Part shown: piece after piece, positions 57,329-64,000 of the stretch
Position numbering within the stretch: the stretch's first letter is position 1
Layout of the letters: each line of letters starts with the position of its first letter
IMG/VR virus record: IMGVR_UViG_3300048924_000586
Location: 5,776 to 69,775 of that record
Strand: one strand, 5' to 3'
DNA: 64,000 bases
Source: a virus
Translations under genes and position numbers: made by a program
Notes under the pieces: model-generated
The model's database searches: none
Told to the model about the DNA's origin: nothing
What the model saw: the letters and a program-made list of their open reading frames with translations, nothing else

Positions 57329-57885
57329 GGAAGGTCAGCGTTTGTTCGGTCGACGGGTGTGAAAATCCCGTCGGCAGGACCGGTGGCCTAGGGTGTTGCC
57401 GAAAGCACTATCGGCGCATGAGGGCGCACGGTGATCCTCTCGCTGGTAGTACCGAAAAAGGAGCCGCCAAGACGTTCGTAGAGGAAGCGGCGCTGTCCGA
57501 GGCTGGTGAATGCGTCATCTTCCCGTTCTTCCGCAACAAGGAGGGCTACGGTCGATTGAACTTGGACAGCGGCCGATATGTTGGGGCGCATTTCTACGCG
57601 TGCGAGATCCGGAATGGATCGCGTCCATCGAGCGAGCACGAAGCAAGGCACTCGTGCGGCAATGGGCATGAGGGATGCGTGAACGGCAGCCACCTTTCTT
57701 GGGGCACTCGCAAAGAGAACGTAGCGGATGCGATCAAACACGGCACAGCGATGTTCTGGGGCGTCCCGGTGTCGTCCTACGGCGCGTTTCGATCATCTAT
57801 CGGTGGACGCGTGGATACCGCCGATGTCAAGGAATGGCTCGCCGCCAATGACAACGTGCCGACGGAGCAGAGGAGGGTGGCCTAA
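57325..57885 (+). CDS. HNH/His-Cys-box endonuclease
   Basis: CSVDGC..C.KHY.R, GYG, AH, RHSCGN...CVN..HL.WGT..EN. Confidence 0.85.
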   Translation: MRKVSVCSVDGCENPVGRTGGLGCCRKHYRRMRAHGDPLAGSTEKGAAKTFVEEAALSEAGECVIFPFFRNKEGYGRLNLDSGRYVGAHFYACEIRNGSRPSSEHEARHSCGNGHEGCVNGSHLSWGTRKENVADAIKHGTAMFWGVPVSSYGAFRSSIGGRVDTADVKEWLAANDNVPTEQRRVA

Positions 57886-58130
57886 AGCGGATTGTCGTTG
57901 GCCGTCAGGTGAAGGAGGATTGCCGCCCTTACTTCGACGTCCGCGGCTCCGCACTGTTTTGAAATCTCTTCAATGGCCAGATCGACATTGGCGACAATTG
58001 GGTCTTTGAGGACCTGGTGCAGCATTGGTCCGAAGGGTCCGAATGAGACTAGCTCTGAATTGCCGTGCAGCCCGGTCTGAACCAGGATCTCCGCGTACGG
58101 CCCTTTGAAACTCGACTTTACAATTTTCAT
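57882..58130 (-). CDS. Small antisense protein ending TANDNPL
   Basis: Fills the gap, convergent with the HNH gene; start uncertain (58130 or 58139). Confidence 0.5.
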   Translation of the reverse strand: MKIVKSSFKGPYAEILVQTGLHGNSELVSFGPFGPMLHQVLKDPIVANVDLAIEEISKQCGAADVEVRAAILLHLTANDNPL

Positions 58131-58246
58131 TGCCGCCACTCAGTAAACCGAAAAGCGATTTTATATCGCTTTTCGGCTGCGGGCAATACCTTGACGACGC
58201 CGCCGGCCACCAACCGGCAGCAACCACCACCACAGAGGAGACTGAA

Positions 58247-58870
58247 ATGGAAATCGTAGGAAAACTGAGAAACGCGCGCCGCTTAGGCTTCATTGAAGAT
58301 CCGCGCGGGCCTTGCCTTTACGGGCAGGTCTATGGCGACACCAAGGGCCGGTTCCGTGATGGTGAGTACATCACGACCAGTAGAATCCAAAGCGAAGAGG
58401 GCGACGTCTTCAAAACGCGTTACAGTGCGTATCGTGTCGAGCATTGGGAAGGCCAGCCTGTCGATCCACCAGTTTCCGCCAACGACAACCAGGCGCCTGC
58501 CTACACCCACGCCGCCGCCATTAACATCTTCGCAGCCGACTGCCACGCACGCAGCCGTGCTGCTGGCTGGTACACCGACCTCGCCACCGGCAAGACGCTC
58601 GATCGCAACGTGCCGGAGATGCTTTGCCTGATCCATTCCGAGATCAGCGAGGCCATGGAAGGATTCCGCAAAAAGCTGCAGGACGACAAGCTGCCGCACC
58701 GGAAGATGATGGAGGTCGAACTTGCCGACGCCATGATCCGCATCGGCGACCTAGCAACGTTCATGGGCTACGACCTCGGCGGCGCGATCGTCGAGAAGAT
58801 GGCCTACAATGACAAGCGGGAAGATCACAAGATCGAGAACCGGCTCAAGGCTGGCGGGAAGGGCTTCTGA
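58247..58870 (+). CDS. MazG-like NTP pyrophosphohydrolase with an extra N-terminal domain
   Basis: LIHSEISEAMEG.RK, ELAD..IRI.D, EKM.YN..R; SANDN in the linker. Confidence 0.85.
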   Translation: MEIVGKLRNARRLGFIEDPRGPCLYGQVYGDTKGRFRDGEYITTSRIQSEEGDVFKTRYSAYRVEHWEGQPVDPPVSANDNQAPAYTHAAAINIFAADCHARSRAAGWYTDLATGKTLDRNVPEMLCLIHSEISEAMEGFRKKLQDDKLPHRKMMEVELADAMIRIGDLATFMGYDLGGAIVEKMAYNDKREDHKIENRLKAGGKGF

Positions 58871-59043
58871 TGTCGGTTGTCATCAACAACATCTCACGCC
58901 ACGGCGATTTGCGCGGCCTCAATCAATACCAGGTCCGCATCAACAACGATCCAGTGATTGCACGTTTCAGCGACGTTCGGACCGAGGGGCTGGCCACTTG
59001 CCTGCGCAAAGCGGCGGACGCCGTCGAAAAGGAGACCGCGTGA
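58870..59043 (+). CDS. Small hypothetical protein (57 aa)
   Basis: TGATG-coupled on both sides; translated by hand. Confidence 0.6.
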   Translation: MSVVINNISRHGDLRGLNQYQVRINNDPVIARFSDVRTEGLATCLRKAADAVEKETA

Positions 59044-59582
59044 TGGAGCTCCACCAGCTTATGGAAATGGGAGAGGTGGCCACCACCACCTTCGCACCGC
59101 TCGACAAGTACGTCGCTGCGAACGACAACCATCAGGGTGGTCGCTACATCGGTCTCCGCCGGCAGACGCTGCCAGTAGCCGAGCGCGTCACTGTTACGCT
59201 CGACGACCTGTCCGGCCTGTCCGGCTACATTTACCTCGGCTCGCCGTATTCGAAGTACGCGCAGGGCCTAGACGTTGCGGCGAAGATCGTTGCGGAAAGC
59301 GCGGCCATCCTTATGCGTCGCGGCCTCGTCGTCTTCTCGCCGATCGCACATGGCCACGTCGTCGCCAATGACGGCGGACTTCCCGCGCTCGATTGGACGT
59401 TCTGGCAGCGCCAGTGCGACCCACTCGTCGATGCGTCGGCTGCGCTCGTCGTGCTGCAGATGGAAGGCTGGTGGGAATCGGTCGGTCTCGAATACGAGAT
59501 CAAACGGTTCAGGGATTCGGGCAAGCCGATCGTTTATTTGCCGCCGGCGGCGCTGGGCGTGTGGGAGAGGCGGGCAGCATGA
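59043..59582 (+). CDS. DUF1937 / nucleoside deoxyribosyltransferase-like protein
   Basis: IYLGSPYS, FSPIAHGH, GW.ES.G...EI, GKPI. Confidence 0.8.
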   Translation: MELHQLMEMGEVATTTFAPLDKYVAANDNHQGGRYIGLRRQTLPVAERVTVTLDDLSGLSGYIYLGSPYSKYAQGLDVAAKIVAESAAILMRRGLVVFSPIAHGHVVANDGGLPALDWTFWQRQCDPLVDASAALVVLQMEGWWESVGLEYEIKRFRDSGKPIVYLPPAALGVWERRAA

Positions 59583-60244
59583 AAAGTGACGATTACAAGC
59601 CGTCGGTCGATTCCTTCTTGAAGGAAGTCGCCGACCACAAGATGACCGGCCATGTCATCCACGGCGCCTATCGACACATTACGTTCAGCCGCCCCGGATC
59701 TTCGGTCTACCGTTTTCATCTGACAACGTGGCCGGGTTACCTCGCAATTTCGGGAGATATGGGAAGCTTCGTGTTCTCGCGGCTGCCAGACATGTTCGAA
59801 TTCTTCCGCGATAAATGGATCAATCCGCAATATTGGGCGGAGAAGATCCAAGCTACCAACAAGCACGGCGGCCACCGTAAGTTCAGCTTTGATCGCCTCA
59901 AAGCGGCGGTAGAGACCGACTTCAACAACTGGGACTTCGATGATGAGGAGCAAAAGGCAGCTGCGTGGAAAGCTGTCACCGAAGATCTTTTCGAAGAAGC
60001 CGAAAGCAGCGACCTGCAATTCGCCACCAGCACGGTCATGGACTGGAAGTGCCCAGTGACTGGTCAGGAGTTCAACGACTTCTGGGAACACGATCTGGAG
60101 GATTACACCCACCATTACATATGGTGCTGCCGGGCCATCCTTTGGGGCATCGAGCAGTTCGATGCGGCCACAGCTGAAAAGGAGAAGGCGCTGGTCGAGG
60201 CGGCACGACTCGTTCGCTTGCCTGAGATGAAGGAGGCGGCGTGA
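59579..60244 (+). CDS. Conserved phage hypothetical protein
   Basis: YRH..F..PG, TWPGYL.ISGDMG, DMFEFFR, YW.EK; ends EAA. Confidence 0.8.
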   Translation: MKSDDYKPSVDSFLKEVADHKMTGHVIHGAYRHITFSRPGSSVYRFHLTTWPGYLAISGDMGSFVFSRLPDMFEFFRDKWINPQYWAEKIQATNKHGGHRKFSFDRLKAAVETDFNNWDFDDEEQKAAAWKAVTEDLFEEAESSDLQFATSTVMDWKCPVTGQEFNDFWEHDLEDYTHHYIWCCRAILWGIEQFDAATAEKEKALVEAARLVRLPEMKEAA

Positions 60245-60501
60245 TGTTTAATTCCTTCGGAAACACCATCATGGGCGTCCAGATCGTTGAGGATCCAAAC
60301 ATGCGGGAGGTCGTGGGAGAAGACTGGTCCAATGTCCGGTCACCCGGCCGCGCGCGGCGGCGACGGCGGAAGCACAGGCAAAATATTCTGCCGCTCTATG
60401 CGCCCCTCAAACAGTTCTACCACGTTGGTAATCGCATCATCTGCCATCCAGCCGTGGCGGCGCAATTACGGGCAGCCGTGCCCGACAGGAGAGCAGCATG
60501 A
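60241..60501 (+). CDS. Hypothetical protein
   Basis: GTGA-coupled; Arg-rich RSPGRARRRRRKHR segment; ends RAA. Confidence 0.65.
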   Translation: MMFNSFGNTIMGVQIVEDPNMREVVGEDWSNVRSPGRARRRRRKHRQNILPLYAPLKQFYHVGNRIICHPAVAAQLRAAVPDRRAA

Positions 60502-60776
60502 CCACAATCAAACCCGGTGACGAGATCGTCTGCATCGACGACGGCGTCTACCAGGAGCAATACCTCGGCATCACCGCCGGCGCCGTCTACAAGGCCCGAT
60601 GGGTCGGCCCGGTCACCAGCTACATGAACGGCGATTACATCGGCGTTCGGCTGGAGGGCATCAACCGCGGTGTCTGCCCACAGTTCGGCGATGAAGATCC
60701 GCCGTTCAACGTTCGCCGATTCAGGCCGGTGGTGAAGCCCGGCACGCCAGCGAAGAAGCTTGAGGAGGCACTATGA
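60498..60776 (+). CDS. Hypothetical protein
   Basis: GD.IVCIDD...RFRP; ATGA-coupled. Confidence 0.7.
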   Translation: MTTIKPGDEIVCIDDGVYQEQYLGITAGAVYKARWVGPVTSYMNGDYIGVRLEGINRGVCPQFGDEDPPFNVRRFRPVVKPGTPAKKLEEAL

Positions 60777-61462
60777 CTATCGAATCACAGGACAACGGCT
60801 GCATCACCGCAGTTCCCACCGAATTGCGCGCGCTTGGCGCGAGAATCGGGAAGGTGGATCGCCACTATTACGACGATGCTGAAGACTTTGCCTATGGGAC
60901 TGGCCGCTACGCCAGGCAGCCCGCCAACGACAACCTCCCGCCGATCGTAGCCTTCACCGGCCCGGCTGGCAGCGGCAAGTCCACTGCGACCGGCTACCTG
61001 ATCGACGTTCATGGCTACACGCTTGTGAAGTTCGCAGGACCGCTGAAGGACATGATGCGGGCGGTAGGCCTGAGTGAACGGGAGATTGAAGGCGACCTCA
61101 AGGAGAAACCGAGTTATCTGCTCTGCGGCAAGACGCCGAGGCACGCCATGCAGACCTTAGGCACCGAGTGGGGCCGTGACATCCTCGGCATTGACTTCTG
61201 GATCCGGCTTTGGCGCGCTCGTGTCGAGCAGGCGGCATCGGAGGGCAAGCGCGTCGTCGTCGACGACCTGCGGTTCCCCAATGAAGCGAAGGCCATCCGG
61301 CAGCTGGGCGGCGATATCTACCGCCTGACTGGGCGAGGGGGAATTGTCGGCGAGCACATCTCTGAACGCGGCTGCGGTGACGAGGACCTTGTCATCGCGA
61401 ACGACAACTCGCCTGACGCGCTCTACAACAAGGTCGAGGACGCGTTGCGGCGTTATGGGTGA
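60773..61462 (+). CDS. Deoxynucleoside monophosphate kinase
   Basis: GPAGSGKST, FAGPLK, TPR..MQ.LGTEWGR, DLRFPNE, H.SE. Confidence 0.92.
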   Translation: MTIESQDNGCITAVPTELRALGARIGKVDRHYYDDAEDFAYGTGRYARQPANDNLPPIVAFTGPAGSGKSTATGYLIDVHGYTLVKFAGPLKDMMRAVGLSEREIEGDLKEKPSYLLCGKTPRHAMQTLGTEWGRDILGIDFWIRLWRARVEQAASEGKRVVVDDLRFPNEAKAIRQLGGDIYRLTGRGGIVGEHISERGCGDEDLVIANDNSPDALYNKVEDALRRYG

Positions 61463-61504
61463 GGCGCACTCTGGAACAATAAGTAGCCACGGCCGTTCAA
61501 ATGG

Positions 61505-61527
61505 AAACGGCGGGATTTCTCCCGCCG
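61505..61527 (-). terminator. Intrinsic terminator
   Basis: CGGCGGGA..TCCCGCCG stem with a T-run on the minus strand. Confidence 0.6.
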
Positions 61528-61534
61528 CCTATGG

Positions 61535-61666
61535 TTACTTCTTCTTAGTGTCGCCGTATCCCGGCTTCGGCACGCGCTCCACGATGTCGCGCTTGCGCAC
61601 TTCATCGAGCGGCTTGAAACGCCCGTTGTCAGTATCGCGTCCGATCTTGAACGTCTTAGTAGTCAT
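61535..61666 (-). CDS. 43-aa basic peptide
   Basis: MTTKTFKIGRDTDNGRFKPLDEVRKRDIVERVPKPGYGDTKKK; GAGGGA RBS. Confidence 0.6.
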   Translation of the reverse strand: MTTKTFKIGRDTDNGRFKPLDEVRKRDIVERVPKPGYGDTKKK

Positions 61667-61782
61667 AGTCTCAGTTCCCTCTGGCCTTGCCAAAAAGACT
61701 TTTGGGAGCTACAACGAAGTTCTTCACGCAACGCAGCAGCCCACGGACGCCGACGGCGGCCAGGGGAACCGCAGCAACGCAC

Positions 61783-61814
61783 AAAAGCACGTCGAGGAAT
61801 CGACGTGCTTTTTT
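61783..61814. terminator. Bidirectional intrinsic terminator-like hairpin
   Basis: AAAAGCACGTCGA-GGAA-TCGACGTGCTTTT. Confidence 0.75.
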
Positions 61815-62040
61815 ATGCCCGAATCAATCCGGCATTGCAAGCGGTTAACGCACCATTAATTTCGGGAAATTCTCTATGAGGGGCGTTATACACCCCTTAG
61901 TGCAACTGTCAATCTGACTAACCGGTCAAATTGACCATTATTTTGCAGTCTCGCTACAAGTTGGTTGCATTATTTCACATACAAGCCGCGGCACTAGAGC
62001 CAGCTGCGCGTGCTTGGCAATTTCAGTTCTGCCGCCCATT

Positions 62041-62313
62041 CTACATGAAGCTGAGATGCTCCACCGCCTTTAGTCGAGGCGCCAACACTGATGCAGGCAT
62101 CTGCATATTTGAAGTGCCGAACGGCGACCTTGTGATCCAAACCGAGTACATCTCACACCCGCCGGGTGTGCGACTGCGATCAAGGATCATTCCGAAGATG
62201 TGGCCACCGCATCGCACTGACGCGCCGACCTCGAATTTCCATGACGCAATATAGACGCGCCGTCTGCGCGTGGGTGATTCTGGGTATGCGACTTCTCGTA
62301 TGCGGTTATGCAT
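62041..62313 (-). CDS. Hypothetical protein
   Basis: ORF with GAAGGG upstream; no recognised motif. Confidence 0.4.
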   Translation of the reverse strand: MHNRIREVAYPESPTRRRRVYIASWKFEVGASVRCGGHIFGMILDRSRTPGGCEMYSVWITRSPFGTSNMQMPASVLAPRLKAVEHLSFM

Positions 62314-62638
62314 TGCCGTTCCCTTCAGCGAGGCGATCGGCGCCTCGAGCCGGGAGTTGATAACACGCTGTTTAGACGAGCCGACGCGCCTTTAGGCCGA
62401 AGCCTTGGACATTTCCGTGCTTGCACACTCGGCACGCAGAAGCGTGCGACGCATCGCTCCCGGCCCATTGAATGAGCCGAGGCGCACGCCAGCCGCTAAG
62501 CTGCGCAGGGGTTCGGAGCGCAAAATGCGCACCTATAAACAGTCAGGGTTATCAAGCCCGCAGTGGTTATAGATGTATTAAAGCAGGACGCAATATGCGA
62601 AATTCAATGGGTGGTTGTTTGGGGGTGTACCAATACCG

Positions 62639-64000
62639 TCATACCTCTTCCTTAATCCAACTGACATTCAGCTTTATTTCGTTCAGAAATTCCTGCCGGC
62701 GCTTCATTTCCGCTCCGTCGCCATAGGTCGGGCGGCCGAATTCGTGACCCATAAGGTCAGCCTGCATACGATCGGAGGCGCTAGCGTTTTCGATACGGTC
62801 TTGAAAGGTGTGCCGCAGACTGTAGGCCGTGTGCCTCTTTGTCGGGCGCAGTTTGTTCTTACTCAGGATCTTGTTGATGATAGCCGAAGCCGAGTCAGCC
62901 TTGTCCGCATAGCGCGGAAAGCCGCCGGGGCGTTGCTTCATCGCCCACAGGGCGATGCCCACAAGCGGAATGCGTCGGATCGAGTGGTCGGTCTTCTGGC
63001 GCCTGTCGGTGCGCTCAGCGACTTCGACGTGAGGCGTGGCGTCGTCCAGGCGGATATCCTGCGGGCGAAGATTGCAAACCTCCCCGAGGCGCATACCGGT
63101 TTCAGCCATCGTGTAGATGATAAACCGGGCGTCCTCATTCAGATTGTCGAGCGCGCCAGCGGCCAGCAACTTGTCTTGCAGGAAGTCCACCGAGAACGGA
63201 ATGCGCTTGTCGAGCTTCGTCGCATTCGTCTCCTTCAGACGGATCTTGTCCCAAGCCAGCCGATAGTTCGTATGCAGCGCATCGTCGATGACCGTAAGCA
63301 TGCCCTTGAGATCGCTGAAGCTCCGGTTGGCCGTGTAGGCCTTCAGGCTTTCTTTCTTCTCGCCAGCGGCCGTCTGAGCGCCCTTGGCGATCTTCTCAAC
63401 CCACCAGTCGCGGAACCGCAAAACGTCGTTGCGAGTTACCTGTCGCCAAGGCTGGTCGCCGAGCAGGTCTTGCAGATAGGCGATAGCGCGCTCACGTGAG
63501 GTCTTGTGTTTGTCCAGCTGCCTCGGCGACATGCCGGTAAGGCCGGCTTTGTTGTGCTTCTCGTATAGCTTCCACGTGTCACTGATCTTGGGGTCGGGGT
63601 CTGGCGCTGTACCGGTGACGCCTTGGACGACGGAAACACTCGTTTCAAGGTACCGTTCGCCAATGGCCATTCGCTCGCGGAACTCATCTAGCGGCACTGT
63701 CGCAACTTCCTGCACGGACCGATACGTGAAGCCGAGAGACTGAGCATCTTTCACTGCGCGCTCATATTGCTCGATCGTATTGGCGTTGTCGTTGCCGGCT
63801 GAGATAGTTCGCCAGAGATGCGTTGTCGCCTTGTGAATAGCATCAGCGCGCTCCAGGGCGTCTTTCAGCGACTTCGTCTTCAGGCTCTTCTTGAGGTGAG
63901 GGGCGCCGCCTGTTTTTTCTAAAACCTCCTGCGGCACGCGTCGATAGTATCGGTAGATGCCGTTCGGCTGCCGCTGAACGTATTTCGATATGTCATCCAT
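62639..64000 (-). CDS. int: Tyrosine recombinase / phage integrase (DUF6538-type N-terminus)
   Basis: Y.YYRRVP..KSLKT; TGMRLGEV, K, YSLRHTF.DR, LMGH, Y; ATG at the window edge, so the true start could lie beyond. Confidence 0.95.
   Translation of the reverse strand: MDDISKYVQRQPNGIYRYYRRVPQEVLEKTGGAPHLKKSLKTKSLKDALERADAIHKATTHLWRTISAGNDNANTIEQYERAVKDAQSLGFTYRSVQEVATVPLDEFRERMAIGERYLETSVSVVQGVTGTAPDPDPKISDTWKLYEKHNKAGLTGMSPRQLDKHKTSRERAIAYLQDLLGDQPWRQVTRNDVLRFRDWWVEKIAKGAQTAAGEKKESLKAYTANRSFSDLKGMLTVIDDALHTNYRLAWDKIRLKETNATKLDKRIPFSVDFLQDKLLAAGALDNLNEDARFIIYTMAETGMRLGEVCNLRPQDIRLDDATPHVEVAERTDRRQKTDHSIRRIPLVGIALWAMKQRPGGFPRYADKADSASAIINKILSKNKLRPTKRHTAYSLRHTFQDRIENASASDRMQADLMGHEFGRPTYGDGAEMKRRQEFLNEIKLNVSWIKEEV

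Larger units (their letters stand above)
1..64000. mobile_element. Temperate myophage/prophage of an alphaproteobacterium (lambda-like head, P2-like contractile tail); extends beyond both window ends
   Basis: Continuous phage gene set: repressor, replication, terminase, portal, capsid, baseplate, sheath, tube, tape measure, lysis, integrase; no host housekeeping context seen. Confidence 0.97.

Noticed and set aside
2763-63799. GCNAAYGAYAAY as a DNA-binding-site repeat
   Set aside because: Variation is confined to wobble positions, and all copies I found are in frame on the coding strand, including minus-strand genes; none noticed in intergenic DNA
1-64000. tmRNA or tRNA gene as the source of the tags
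   Set aside because: No tRNA-like acceptor/T-arm structure found; the CCACCA copies are hairpin loops or leaders, not acceptor ends

Overview
The whole window is a temperate myophage or prophage of an alphaproteobacterium, probably Rhizobiaceae (about 60% GC, alpha-type LexA box). It contains an immunity region, early recombination/replication genes (own beta-clamp, three DNA methyltransferases, primase-helicase, iteron origin), a lambda-like cos/terminase/portal head, a P2-like contractile tail, lysis genes, an SOS (imuA) moron, a nucleotide-metabolism operon and a tyrosine integrase. The most striking unexplained pattern is a genome-wide peptide signal. By manual count, (A/P)ANDN occurs 22 times in 18 unrelated proteins, always in frame and with varying wobble bases, and about 20 proteins end in Ala-Ala. 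Several C-termini (e.g. AANDNVSAVSLRAA) are near copies of the alphaproteobacterial tmRNA/ssrA tag, suggesting hard-wired SspB/ClpXP degrons. Other candidates: a dispersed family of about 11 RNA hairpins with ACCA-containing loops plus CACCAC-AGAGGAG leaders, a structured late ncRNA with a segment antisense to that leader, a Tas-like Nop-domain protein cut by the window start, and a repressor whose autocleavage residues appear lost. All calls are from motif recognition by eye; no database searches were run.
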